Assembly (NCBI GenBank): GCA_951406725.2
Contig: OX597820.1
Location: 125,736,001 to 125,800,000, forward strand
Length of the DNA stretch: 64,000 nucleotides
Reading direction: 5' to 3'
Origin: Octopus vulgaris
Taxonomy: Eukaryota
Each line of letters opens with the position of its first letter. Position 1 is the first letter of the stretch. The notes under the pieces were generated by a model. That model did no database searches. It was not told the origin of the DNA and saw only the letters and a program-made list of their open reading frames with translations. The position numbers were made by a program, and so were the translations under genes. Positions 1-15,291 of the stretch are shown here, one piece after another.

Positions 1-95
1 ACACACACACACACATACATATATGTATATATATATAGTGAAACAGACAGACAGAAACAGAGATAAATTGACAGATATACATATATATATATATA

Positions 96-147
<52 letters not shown>

Positions 148-189
148 TGATTGATTCCAGTTTCAGCTCATGAGTGTGGTATATGGGGC

Positions 190-221
<32 letters not shown>

Positions 222-702
222 ATACATACATATATATATGTATATATATGATACATAGATAGATGTATATATATACATACATATATATATATGTCTGTGT
301 GTGTCAGTGCGTGTGTGTGTATGCGTGTGTTTGTGTATGTAAGCAATTGAAACTTTAGTTTTCTAGTCGGTGCGCTGGGTTATAGTTCCGCTAAAAATCC
401 CATATAAATTTAAAATGGCCGGATTTCCGGAATTATTTCCCGGGTTCGCCAATGAGAGTATTTGATCTTCCTCAAATGTTATTTTTTAATGTTCTCATCA
501 TAAAATTGCTTCAACGTATGTGCGTGTGTGTCTGTGTGCGTGTGTGCGACAGAGAAAAATATATATACTTATACTATTTACATATGCACATCCCGAGACA
601 TGGGAATGGAACGAGAGACAACCAAACCTAGAGAGAAAAATGCACACATATATGCATACATACATATATACGTACTTACATGTATATATGTACATACATG
701 TG

Positions 703-750
<48 letters not shown>

Positions 751-772
751 TATGTATGTACATATATATACA

Positions 773-822
<50 letters not shown>

Positions 823-1573
823 TATACACTCAAGTACACACCCACTCACACGCACACACACACACACATAGATGGAAACATATAAAATTCTAATAAATAT
901 ATAGCTTTCAAAGGTGACCCTATATTTTGCATTAAGTGTCCACCTGATTTTTAAAAAGTAATTGAAACAATAAAAATTGCAAAACCTATTCAGTGTTTTG
1001 CATGGTTTTAGCAGCATATAAATTGTATTAACGAAATGAAACATAGATATCCATATAAAACAAACTTAGTTTTTAAAATGTCGCTTGTAAATATAAACCA
1101 TTTCTCTATGAAAATATAAAAGTACAGCGGCTCTTAAGAAGTATTTTTGGCCAATGACATTATGAAGATAAGTTCTCTGTGTCTACACAGAAACTTTGAA
1201 CTATGCCCATTTAATGAGATGTACGAATATCGATTTTGTTATAGGATTGCTACAGTAACTATTCTCGGGTGATGCAATCGATATGATGAGTATTTTGTTC
1301 TTTAAGTACATATATCTCTGTATAAAGAATATAGGAATATAAGATTTATGTGTTAACTTTGAAACATAATACATGATTTGGTGCTACTACACTATTAGGT
1401 GAAAGATATTGTCACGACAAACGATTTAAAGTAGGGTTCATTCATTTACATTTGGCATTGACAGACTTACATATACAAACACTAATAGTTATACACATGT
1501 ACGTGTATACACGTACACACACACATATATATATATATACATACCTATGTATATACATTGTTGTATTTGGGGA

Positions 1574-1776
1574 TGGTCATGTTACCAGTTTAGCCAATGA
1601 AAACACACGTACTATATATCTTGTGTTAACTTGCTTCAGCTTTATTTGAAATTAATACAATCCAATACAATTAATACATAATAAATATCGAATTTTAAAA
1701 ATAAATAACGCTGAAGCAAGTGAACACCGAATATATAGTGCATGTGTTTTCATTGGGTAAACTGGCAACATGACCA
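1574..1776. repeat. Fold-back inverted repeat (arms ~1574-1647 and ~1703-1776)
   Basis: TGGTCATGTTACCAGTTTAGCCAATGAAAACACACG...TTGCTTCAGC is the near reverse complement of GCTGAAGCAAG...TGTGTTTTCATTGGGTAAACTGGCAACATGACCA. Confidence 0.85.
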
Positions 1777-2158
1777 AGAACCTTGGTCATGCCTACTTTT
1801 GAGTCTCTTGCCGTGATATAAGTTCAACTGGGATCTTTGACAGCAGGAAGGGAAATAGTTGCTTTTGTTGTTTTTTTTTAAGACACCTATCGCCATTCCA
1901 TGTAGATCTTCTCATAAATGATGCATGGATTAATGTGTTTAGATATTACGGATATTGGTATTAATGTGTATAAAGTCTATAGATACTCACGCTTGTTTTT
2001 TCAGTTATAGTTTTCTCTATTCACATGTGAGTGTACATTAGTATATATATGTATATAGATATGAAGTTTTCGAATCTCCACGTCCTTAAACAATTTGATG
2101 CATTAAATCTGATTAATCTGTACAGCAACCGATTATTTGTTGATCATCAATCTTCTAC

Positions 2159-2246
<88 letters not shown>

Positions 2247-2258
2247 TATGTATGTATG

Positions 2259-2292
<34 letters not shown>

Positions 2293-2302
2293 TAACATTA
2301 AA

Positions 2303-2516
2303 GCAGTGAGCTGGCAGAATAGTTAGGAAGACGGAAGAAATGATTCCCGGCATTTTGTCCGTCTTTACGGTCGGTGTTCGAATTCTGCCAAGGTCGGCTT
2401 TGCCTTTCATCATTTCGGGTCGATGAAATAAGTATCAACTACGCACTGGGTCGATGTAATTGACTAACCCTTCCCCCAAAATTTCAGGCCGTGTGCCTAT
2501 TATAGAAAGGATTATG
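2303..2516 (+). mobile_element. tRNA-derived SINE with a Nin-like central domain
   Basis: A-box-like TGGCAGAATAGTTAG, B-box-like GTTCGAATTCT, central GTCGGCTTTGCCTTTCATCATTTCGGGTCGAT; homologous reverse copy at 35805-36023. Confidence 0.75.
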
Positions 2517-4739
2517 ATAAACAATGTTTAGAACAATAACATATTTAGAATTGTAAATTGCAAGAGACTCAACTCAAACAATATTTTGTTTTCATATTTA
2601 GGCAGGCAGCACAGTTGAATCTAAAATTCTAATTTATGCAATTCATTAGGAATATAATAAAAGAAATTAAAGGAACTGACCCCGCATATATATTCATAGT
2701 ACCTTCAGAAATCATTTGTAATTCGAACCCGGCCTGGGATTTCTAAATAAATGCACCACTGTCATCAAACCACATACACCAAAGAGAGAAATCATTTGAA
2801 GAAATTTAGCAATAGACAGATGTAATCAAACTGAAGCCGAATAACGTTGATTTGCTTAGCATCTAATGAGAGAAATCATAGAAACTATACAGACCCAGTA
2901 ACAATCTGCACCTTTATTACCACCGATCACATTTAATGTACTATAGTAATGCCCAGAGCAATCCAGGTACATCTACGCTGTTCTCAAAGAACAATTTAGG
3001 AATAAGGAACGGAAGAAAAGCAATAGGTTCTCGATCAAAGTCCACCTTTGTTACTTTCTACATGATCATAACAAAAAGAAAAATAGTATCAATGCATGGA
3101 TTGGTAATACATGTATATAGACATGCGTGCGCATTCATCGACATGTAACCCTGCAGACCACATGCACATACAGTAAAAACAAAGCAGCGAGCAAATGCAA
3201 ATCCATGAAATGTATAGTTCATTTGTTCTAGACAGCAGCAGTACATTAGCATGACAAGATATTTATATAACTCTTCACTTCATAGGGTAATCAATGCTGA
3301 TTGCAATATATTTGGTTTCAAGGAAGGATGTTAAGGGGGTATGCCAAATTTGTGATATACGATTGCATTATAACATTAAATCTGGGTTTGTAATATACTC
3401 GTTGTAACGGACTTACTAGAAGATGTCGTCGGGTTAAATGAAGGCATAGAAAATATCGTACTTAAATTTAATTTACTGATTGTTTAAATAGAATGATTTG
3501 ACTTTTAATAACGCCATACCGATGAAATATGGTTTATATATCATATCCATTTATATTAAATGGGTAAATATATACTTCTGATTTCACGAAGACAGCATAT
3601 AGGAATTTGCAGTAATAAAATCGCTATTTCGAGTTCATATTCTATTCCACTACAGAAATGAACCGCTACGTAAAGTTATTTACCAACTAATAGAATTAGT
3701 ATACGAAGTAGAACATAAATCGAAACACGAATTCAGACAATTCATTAGAGAAACTAAACATATGAATTACATATGAGAAATACCAAACGTGTTACGTGAA
3801 CACAATCAATTCCAGCTTTCACAATCAGTAAACGCATTAACGCATCAAAAAAGGAAAACTAATAACACAGATAATAAAATATATTGCACCTAACTGTAAA
3901 CAAATACTAATCATATACTAAATGCTCGCTAAAATTCATCAAATTATCATCAATAACATGTTGCAAATTATCGTTGCCGTAAAGTTTCAAATTTGCTTGT
4001 AAACTTGACATTTGTAAAATCCATAATTACCATGCAGTATTAGCGATAAAAGAAGATACCAGATTGTCTCTCCAGCTTTTATTGTAACTAATAATCGCAA
4101 TGCTTTAACTTTGTAAAAATCCTCGAAAAATACTTATTAAAATAGATTTTTGATAGCTGAAAGGTTACTCAAAACCGTATGAGATTAAAATAAAGTAACA
4201 CGCAGAACACGCCGTAAAGAAAAAGAGCTCCCTGATTGTTGGGGCGTAATATCAACACTATTATACTGTGGAAGCTTCACATGCCAATACATAGTACTTC
4301 ATTCAGAAGATGAGACCTTAATTGTCTAGAAACAGTGACGATATTTGTCGGAACCCAGATTTTCTAAGCAATCTACAAGTCAGTAATATGAAAATAAAAC
4401 TATATAAACTATTAAAACTAAAAGTTGCTGTGTTTTAATAGACGCTTGAGAAAAGCGCTGTTCCTTATATCTGTATGCGCGTGTATGTTCATGCATGTCC
4501 ACGGGTCTCTATGTGTGGTGACAGTGAATGCGTCTCAGTAACGCTAAATAATATTTTAATCGAATCCAATTAGGTATGTTTTAATGACTCGTAGCGGGCT
4601 CTAATATATGAACACAATCTGAAAAACCAAATCATAAAATAAAACATAAACGCTTTTCGAATTAAAATAAACCTGCTGCACATTGCAAGTAGAAGCAAAT
4701 ATAGAAAACAAATAAAGAAAACGATAAATTGCATTGAAG

Positions 4740-5953
4740 TTACCTGTCTGTTGTCCTAAGGTAACAAGCATGGCTGGAAACAGATTTAAACTCTTATGGC
4801 TTATATTGGAAGAAATATTTCCGCATAAATCTTAGATTGGAAGTGTAGTTACGAGATCTCTTAATAGACACCATTCAAACAGTGGAATCCAATGTGGCAC
4901 TCCAATAGCAAGTGGAGTGCCGCCCCGAACTGTCTTGGTGCCGCTGCCGCTTCAGACACTCGATCAGTTACACTGACAAACCCAATTACTAGCTAGGCTG
5001 ATGACGCAAAAGTAGCATAAGCAATCAAGGAACCTTTCAATGCCCATCTTCTACGGAAGTACCTAAATGCCTCATTATTGGGCCAGAGAAAACAGCATGC
5101 AAGCTTATGCTGGAAAATTCCAAGCCCTCTGCTATGAACCAGCTTGCACTAACATGCTGCAACGGAGATACATAGGGACAACAATAGTGGCAATCCCAGA
5201 GCCAAGTAGTGTTCGTAATCTGAGGATTGATATGAGCAACCAAGCTTCGTTTCATGTATATATCACCAAGATTATGGCAATGTGCAGGGAAATGACCAAT
5301 GGATTCTGACAACTTTCAGAACAAGGGACAGGCAAACTATGCTGGTTCTATGGAGGACATTTTTCTTAGCCGTCTTAATTCTGGTCAGCCAATAGCGTCA
5401 AATTAATAGCGGGGCTTGGGGCAGTTCAGCGGTTCTACACCAAGACGTTTGCAGTGATGACACGGATGAGCATCTAGGAGAGACTGAAAGAGTGACGACT
5501 CTAATCCCTGAGGTGAAGACGGAAGAGATATACATATGGAAGACCCTACAGGGATTGGCACATAAGGAAGAGATATACATATGGAAGACCCTACAGAGAT
5601 TGGCTACATAAGCTTTCGAATTGGATGTTGCTGAATTATTGGAAAGCTCGTACCCAACCCACCTAGAGTGAGGACAATGTATTGCAATAGCTTGGGTGTT
5701 AAATGCTCACAACTTTTTAATATCATACCAAAACATTCGAGAGTTCTACGTAAACGATTTCAAGAAACAACTCGACCGTTTTGTACAAGTTGCCACATGA
5801 AACTGACAAGAACCTCAAAAGGCAGCAATAGGTAAGTCCCAACTTCACCAAAAGCCATTCCCAGACGAATGACTATTGAAAAGAGGATAATACATGCGAT
5901 GCACCAGTATGGCCACAGCCTTTGTGCTGAAACGCATCAGAGACTAAAAGAAA
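4740..5953 (+). pseudogene. Degraded non-LTR retrotransposon (CR1/L2-like group): RT and 3' end
   Basis: Broken RT motifs SGVPPRTVLVPL (SGVPQGTVLGPL-like, ~4911), ADDAKVA (~4998) and WARENSM..GKFQAL..VRNLRIDMS (ORF 5067-5309); many stops and frameshifts; 3' tail at 5896-5953. Confidence 0.75.
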
Positions 5954-6013
5954 TGGTAATTCCCACACATACGTACTTATATATATATAGATTCATCGAT
6001 CAATATGTATGTA

Positions 6014-6106
<93 letters not shown>

Positions 6107-6151
6107 ATATATGTATATATATGTATGTATGTTTATATATATGTATGTATA

Positions 6152-6210
<59 letters not shown>

Positions 6211-6286
6211 CCCCCTACGTGTGTCCATGTGTACATATCCACACATAGAAACACGCACTCATACACACTCACGCAAACATATATAC

Positions 6287-6327
<41 letters not shown>

Positions 6328-7073
6328 TACCACGTGTGTGTAAAAATTAGATGTATATTCTGTTTTATACATATATGTTTTGTAATAGAATGAATGACTA
6401 ATATACCTTAATACAAGTGCTGGGATTATCAGAATGAAAATGTCGTAATAGAGTGGCCAATAACGCAGCTGCTTTTCTGAAGGCTAAAAATTTCATTTCG
6501 AATATAAAAATTGCGTACCACATTTCACCATATGAATTTGAATATGAACAGTATTTCTGCTACATAAATTAATAGTTTCCTTCTCATTTCTTTCACCGAC
6601 ATCGTCAACGTTAAAAACACATTTATTTTATTCTCTCTAACTAAATTGTAAATTTATTGCATTGAAGTTCAGTCTGAATCTGCAAAACACGATTCAAAGT
6701 ACAAATGTTGTGTCAGCAAATGTAAAATATCAGTTTCTAATGAACTTAGTACAGAGAGTAATTACAACATTCTGTGGTCTTCCTGCTACATTCATTATTT
6801 TATCACTCGATATTTATACACCCTCTTATATATACACGGACGCATGAATACACACAAACACACACACACACACACACATGTGGATGCATCTCTGTGTGGA
6901 TCTTACGACGTTTAAAAACTTAAGAAAAAATTTAACAAATATTTCTTCGAAATAAAATCGCTGATTTCTTTCAACACATTTTTAATTAGCTATCTAATTT
7001 CGACACATATGCATCTAATAATATTTATATATAAGTGTGTATAAGCATCCGTAAAAGTGTATGTAAGTGTTTT

Positions 7074-7118
<45 letters not shown>

Positions 7119-7599
7119 CTACGTACATAAATATTCATGCGTTTGCACACAAATATGTTTGCGCATCTTATAAGTATTCGCTAATACTATTACCTTGCTA
7201 CGCATTAGAAATAAATGTTATGCTTATCTATTTAATGACGTCAAACTAGAAATGAAGTTGAAATATTCTCTTTACTATTGATATTTCACATATTAGTCAA
7301 GTCGACTGATATTCTATGATTTCTAATGCAATTCAATTTAAAATAATGAATAACGAAGATAATCAATATAATATTCAAAGATAAATAAGCTTTGGTGTTA
7401 TTTATTTATTTATCTAATTATTCGATCTAATATCTACAACAGGAAATTTTCAAAATTATTTCCTTCTATTTCATTACGATATTTTACTTTGGTAAATACA
7501 TATTCCGAAACATTAGGTTGTCAGATAAATTCATTCGCTTTTTCCATATATTTAAATCCTTTTATCGGCATTTTTACAAATCAGTCAATAATATATTCT

Positions 7600-8240
7600 T
7601 CATTGCTCATGACTTCTGGCTATCGTTCTTCTAGATTATGGATGCCTTGACCGTAGAAATCACAAGGTACTTGAAAAATTCATCCGGGTATGTTTTCAGT
7701 CCCACGTCATTTTTGATCGAAATGGCATGCAAACATTTGGGCAACAAACATAATGGGTAAAAACGCGAAGACATTGACCTTGTGGGTGTTTTCATGTATT
7801 TCGTAGTCATTAGTCTTTCTTAGTTTCACGAAACGTAAGGGGTACTTGCTTGCCGAGACTTAAACTTTCTTTTCTCCCCTTCCTATTAATGTAAAGACAT
7901 CATTTTCATCACTGGTCACGAAGCTGTGCCAACAAAGAAATTGTTGGCGAAGAGGAGCTTTTGGACTTGTCTATTTCGCTCAGTGCATGTGGCATCCATG
8001 CATCAAATTCTTGGACTTCATTCATCGAGTGAACGTGACGGACTTGATTACTATGAGAATATTCCATCTGTTGGCCAATTCCCGGGTAGAAGGGGGCGGA
8101 TCCTAGTGAATGAACTCATTCAATCACCTCTCCTTAACATGCACATGTTGGCTGGAATGCAGAAATTCTGTGAGGTCGAATTTTATTTCATTAATGCAGG
8201 AAAACCATTTCTGTGCAGTTATTTCGGTAATAGCGGCTTC
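7600..8240 (-). pseudogene. Mariner-family transposase relic
   Basis: Minus strand gives WMPHALSEIDKSK (WVPHEL-like), STRELA (HTH) and a VTSDE-like first catalytic motif; disrupted. Confidence 0.65.
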
Positions 8241-11200
8241 TCCGTTCACAACAAAAATGTATTTAGCTCTTGAATCACAGATTGCAAACGAAGAAAAGCT
8301 GGTGTGGAAAAGAATCATTCTTTTCTACGAGACAATCCATCGTCATGTATCTGAAAGAGGTAAGATTTGTCCGAATTTCAAAACCTATAAAGAAAAGTCG
8401 TGAAGAAAGAATAGATCTACAACAAAGAAAGAAGAAACGTAAAGCACTATCAGAAAAATACTTTTTGTTGATTCTAATAATATTGGAAAGTAATAAATGA
8501 AATTATTCTGTCAACGCAAAGTATATCCTGACGAACGAAAGTCCGAAACCTTATACCTTCCACTTCCAACGCTAATCAAATTAACGAGTGTACAAATTCT
8601 TCTTTCTATTAAATATTGTCGATTAAGACCCACATCAGTTGGCAGGGGACCCATGATTATTGGTGTCAGGTTAAATATTAAAGCGATATTATCATATTCT
8701 TACAAAATGAGTGATGTTTTAAACAGTAAAAGAGAAATACACATTTTGGGTATAAAAAAAGCAAAATACAAAATATTTTTGCTGTTTCCGTCGTCGTTGA
8801 GCTCCCGATCAGACTTGATCGATCAAATCTTAGACCTAACACACTGCAGTCTTGATCGATCAAATCGTAGACCTAAAACACTGCAGGATGGGGCCATCAG
8901 GCTATTTTTTCTAAATGCGGAGAACAATTTACCACGTTATCCAAAGTGTTATCCGTATGCAAACATGCCGAATGGCAAGAGAATTTCTAGAGGGAAATTT
9001 GCCTTCTATTTATAGGAGATCGAGTTGCCCTGCAGGACCATTTTCAATTTGGTTTTTGAGTAAAACGCTTATAACTGCTACAAAATATAAATATCCATGC
9101 ACTTTTTTTTTCTCTAACGTTGGCTGTCTAACTACATGTACGATGAAGAGCTTCTTTATATCAACTTAATCACATATTGATTTTTTGCGCATTTGTACAT
9201 ATCTGCAAATAGGTATAGGGTAGGATATATTGAGTTGAATTGGCACAAATACTTGACGTTCTGATAATATTCTATAGCACAAACATAAAATAGACACAGG
9301 CGTGATTTTAATTCAGAATGAAGAAGGTGAAAATTAAATGTCGAAAATATATCTAGTCTGATATTATGCATTGCAGACACTTTAACTCATTGTTGATGTA
9401 TATATTACTGTCAATAGGACACGACTATAACAACATTTACTTTGATAACAACTTTCACACAAAGGATATTTACAGACAAGATTCTTATAAATAAAACATT
9501 TATATTTTCATGCCAAAATAATGCTCCAACTAAGGATTTTATTCTTGTCTATGCAAAGCCTTTTTGTGTATATCGTAAATGTGCACGTATATGTGTGTGA
9601 GTGTGTGTGTGCGTGTGTGCGTGTGTACGTAAGAAAGGGAGAGAGAGGGGGTTAATGAATACATGAATGCAAATAAATAACTAGATACAAAATCACACAT
9701 CCCTACACACACACACTCATATACACCCTTATACATATTCATATTGTGCCCAACTTTACATATTTTCTCTCACTTAGTATCCCTATGAACAGACGCACAC
9801 ACACATATACACACACATTTATACGTCTACGAATGTGTATGTTTGCAAGTCTGTACGTTTGTTTTTGGTTGTTTTTTGTATGTATTTGTGCTTGTGCGGT
9901 TGGGTATTTGCCAGTAGTGTTTGTATCTGAATAATTTAAGATATACAAAAGTATATTCAACTTTTATAAATGAGTATATATTATTTAACGTGCGTTATAG
10001 TTGTTCGTAGCTCCTGACAAAGCAATTCTATAATATACACGTAGTCAACCGAACCCACATTCCATCAGCCCATTTATACTACGCTTCTGCCTAACTTATG
10101 ATCATATGGTCGATACACCAAGATGGAGTGTAGCGCATTCTACTGGTCATATTGCACTCTTTCACGTGCGCAATATCTATGCTTGTACACCAAAAGCTCT
10201 GCGTGATGGCCACAGATGATACGGGCTAAATAACCTTCATCGTAGTTGACTGGTCTAAGCATAAGGGTATGTTAAGTTTTTTTTTATACATAATAGTGTA
10301 CGTGTAAAATAATTTATATTAAGTAAAATTGCAGTGAAAATTCAGGTGAATTTCAAATTAGCTATTTTGACATTCTTTTTTACCTTGATGAAACACCAAC
10401 TCTGATTGTTGAACTTATTTCCATAAGCAATGGAGCCCGTCATACGTCCAGTATGTTGTACTAATTTCAGTAGTTTTTCTACTTGCAAGGATATTGGGAG
10501 CGACAATTCTTCATTCAAAAAACAACATAAACATAAAACACCTTAGTATCAGATAAAAATCACGAACGTTTCACAAAAAATATCTTCGATAATTTACATC
10601 CGAGAAATATTAGTTTGTCTTGGAGAATTTTGTAACTCAGTGAAGATGATCACGGTGTATTATTCTGCACTGCTCCTATCAATTGTTTTTTTTTTCTATT
10701 TGTGGGTGATCCATGTATTTTTTGTAGCTTTGCATTTTTAAACACTACCACACGCGTATGTTATAAATGATATTAAAAGGTCATGTTTAAATTCTTATGC
10801 AATTGCCTTCTATCTACATGCTTGTGTGATTGTTTGTGATGTTTTTATTTTTATTTTAGAAGATGGTCGCATTTGATAATCTCTTAGGTTGCTGAAAACA
10901 AAAAGACAGTAAATATTATAGTTGCTACTTTAAGCTTAGTAGCGTGCAGCTTCGTTTCTATTTCATTTAAGTAGTGTCGCTGTAGTTATGCAGTGATATC
11001 TGGAGGTTGATTAAACTACATAAATTCAATACCACCTACATATAAGGTGGCTTGTAGGATCTATGAAGAGACGAACAGATCATGTTGAGGTGTGTATACT
11101 ATATATGAAGACGAAAAAATTTATGCTAATAATGAAGAATCTCTGGTATATAAATTTCTTTTAGAACAAATTAATAAAGAATGCCTTTGTGAAGTACAGG

Positions 11201-11751
11201 GATAATCATGGATATGTTTCGGACCAATTAGAGTTCGTTAGCGAAATAGATTTACTCTGACTAGACAGATTTTAAAGGAAATGAAGTTCAAAGTGTGACA
11301 TTAATGAATGTTAACTAGTGTGAAAATGTAAAACATTGACTAAGAGGGGGAACGTACGAGCATCTATTTTATAAAAGTTAATTACGAGAGGTTTAGTACA
11401 GTCAACAACAAATATAAAAGCTATTAATTTTAATGATATACTAAAATAAAAAATAATAAAAGTAAATAAGAACAAAAAACTTTGTTTGTAATATCCAGGA
11501 AACTATGTTTTACTAGTGAATATTTCCACTGAAAACAATACTTTTTAAACAAAACAACTTTTTGACTATGTTACAGCGCTTAAAAGCAAACATAATTTAA
11601 TAATTAGAAAAGTAATTTGTAAAGTTATCAAATATTTAGAAAGAAGAAATCTATGTAGGTGAATTAACTTTAGTGATTTCGTGATAATAGCATTATCGAC
11701 AACAGACAAATTAACGAAACAAAAATTTCAGATATTTGTTTATTTATTTAA

Positions 11752-11837
<86 letters not shown>

Positions 11838-11885
11838 GTCTGTATGTCTTTCTGCCTGTTTATCTGTCTGTCTATCTATCTGTCC
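11752..11885. repeat. (TATC)n microsatellite
   Basis: Directly visible. Confidence 0.95.
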
Positions 11886-11941
11886 ACCTATTCTCCTGCT
11901 CTCACTCTGACAATCTATAGATGCGTATAACGTGTCTTGAT

Positions 11942-12002
<61 letters not shown>

Positions 12003-12141
12003 CATATACATGTGCGTGTGTATTAAATTTTAATTTGTTTCCGACAATGGACTGCGGCTTCGCAGTGACACGGACCAGTATATTAGTCAAAAATATATAC
12101 ATACATCAATACATACACATGCGCACACACACACACACACT

Positions 12142-12172
<31 letters not shown>

Positions 12173-12955
12173 TTGTAATCATTCATGCACACATATATTA
12201 TTCCATTATTGGAATTTATGAATACGTCATATTATTAATTCACCCATTTGTTGAAGTGATGCCTGTTTAAATCGCAGTTAGTTACATAAGATAGGGACGG
12301 GTTTTTGACACAATATTATCAGATAACTCTTTTTGTTTGCTTTACACTATATTCTCACTTCCCACTAACAATACTACAATCGTCTCAATCTGACCAACAT
12401 TCATGAATATCTTTTTACTAGTGTTTTAATCAGAGGACACGTTAAAAGTATTATATGAGTCATTAGTATTCAAATGCTAATAGTCGCATTTAAACAATAG
12501 CAAGGATATTCAGACGAAAAGGAAACGAGATTAAATGTTAAACAAGAATGGTAATATTGCTGTAAGTTGTGTTTTTGTCATGTATTGTAGTATAAAATAT
12601 GGAAATGTTAATTTCTAAGTTTAGAGACCATCGTTAAACTGATACGAAAACACACTCGCACACGCGCACAAACATAATCAACATGCATATATATGTGTGT
12701 GTGTGTCTGTGTATGTTTGTGTATATGTGTATGAGTCTGTGTCTGTCATTCATATATATACATATATATATATATATACAAACATAAGTATATACATATA
12801 TAAATACCTATGTGTGTATAAACTCATACAAATTTATATATGTACAGGGTTATATATACGCATATGTCAATATATATTTATGTACAAATATTTGTAAATA
12901 CTTGTGTGTTTATATAAAATTATATATGTGTTTGTATAAAAGTGTACATATATTC

Positions 12956-13012
<57 letters not shown>

Positions 13013-13154
13013 GATATATAGATATATGTTTACATGAATATATATACACATTTATACACACACACACACATATATATATATAATTTTATACAGGTACTTA
13101 CACATATTTGTACATAAATATATGTGGACATATGCATATATATAATTCTGTAAA

Positions 13155-13194
<40 letters not shown>

Positions 13195-13264
13195 TATGTA
13201 TATATATATACATATATATATACATAAACATATATATATATACAATGCCTATATACATAAACTG

Positions 13265-13298
<34 letters not shown>

Positions 13299-13571
13299 TT
13301 ATGTGTGTGTATTGTGTGTGTGTGAGTGTGTATAATTGGTTATGTAAAAATATTGTTAGAATTATATATAAAGAGAAATATACATACTAGTATATACATA
13401 CTAGGGCATATATATTTATATACTAATATATGTATGTTTATATCCGTCTCTGTGGTTATATAAAATTATATATGCATATGTGTATATAACACATATGTAT
13501 ATATATATGTGTGTGTGTGTGTGTGTTTGCGTGTGTATGTGTGTGTACCTATGTAAATATGTATAACTATA

Positions 13572-13629
<58 letters not shown>

Positions 13630-14220
13630 GATAGGTAGCTAGGTAGGTAGATTGGAAGGGAGGTAGTGAAGTAAGTATATTAAAGTTGCGGAGGAGGAGG
13701 TCGGAGGGAAGTAAAAATTTGAATTAAACACTCTTTTATTGTGAAATAGTGAAGAGGGGAGAATGACAGAGTAATAATTCTTCACAATTTTATAACATGA
13801 ATTCCAAAAGCACTTTTTGATAGTTCTAAACATAATAAATAACAAAGAATAATTCCTCAAGAAATAGTTCTAAACAGAAAGCAGAAATAAAAACAGAAAT
13901 AGTTAAACAAAATCCTGAAATAATCTTTAAAAAAATGTATCCATAAAATTGATAAACTCTCAAATGGCAGATATTGAACGCTAATGTTTCCTAATAGCAT
14001 AGAATAGTTTTCTTAATTGGATTACACTCACGCTCTCACACGTACATACACAGACCTACATATACACAAATACACGCTCGTGCACACACAAACACACACA
14101 TATGCACATGCTCGTTTAGCGGTATGTGGTATGTGTGGGTGTTTATGATGGAGATTGCATACATGCAAGCACCCACACACTGGACTTTTCATATTAACTG
14201 CTCTTGCTGAAAAATGGGTA

Positions 14221-14611
<391 letters not shown>

Positions 14612-15027
14612 TACATATATTCATGTACATGTGCATTCGTATGTTTGTATATATGCATGGGAAAAGTTAAATAGTTATAAATAAATGTATGCTTTATTTT
14701 CTTCCATATCCGGAATGTACACATGCATGTACGTTTCTACATACACAAACACAACTGAAAATAAATATGAATATATGTATGTAAATATATGTACATACAT
14801 TTACATGTATACATGAAATTTTCACATATGTATGCATAGAAACACACACGTATGTATATATATATGATTTTATATATATGTACATGTGTGTATTACACGT
14901 TACTACAATATGATATAAAGTATGTTTGGCCAATATTTTAAGTATATTAATATAAAAAGTTTTATCAGTTCTTGTATGTATGCAGAATATGCTGAATAAT
15001 CTGTATAAAATGGAAGTATAGAAGTAA

Positions 15028-15081
<54 letters not shown>

Positions 15082-15238
15082 TGTGTGTTAGTGTGTGCTA
15101 TGTGCTCTGGATTGCAGGTGACAACAAGCATACACATGTACATTTATTTAAACTTCGTCATTGAAAATTTAAATTATATAGCGGTTTAATGCGCGGGCGG
15201 GCACATGTTTCTCTAAGTTTACATATATGTGTGCGTGC

Positions 15239-15291
<53 letters not shown>

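Noticed and set aside
4997-5020. CTGATGA as a hammerhead core
   Set aside because: It encodes the ADD catalytic motif of the degraded RT.
8497-9015. 172-aa ORF
   Set aside because: No recognisable motif, and it spans a tandem duplication; probably chance.
10340-10515. 58-codon open frame with a GTAAAA donor-like site on the minus strand
   Set aside because: No clear acceptor or recognisable homology; within chance expectation.
12035-12093. Hairpin ACTGCG/CGCAGT preceded by CCGACAA, as a possible hammerhead relic
   Set aside because: Both core halves are too degenerate to support the call.
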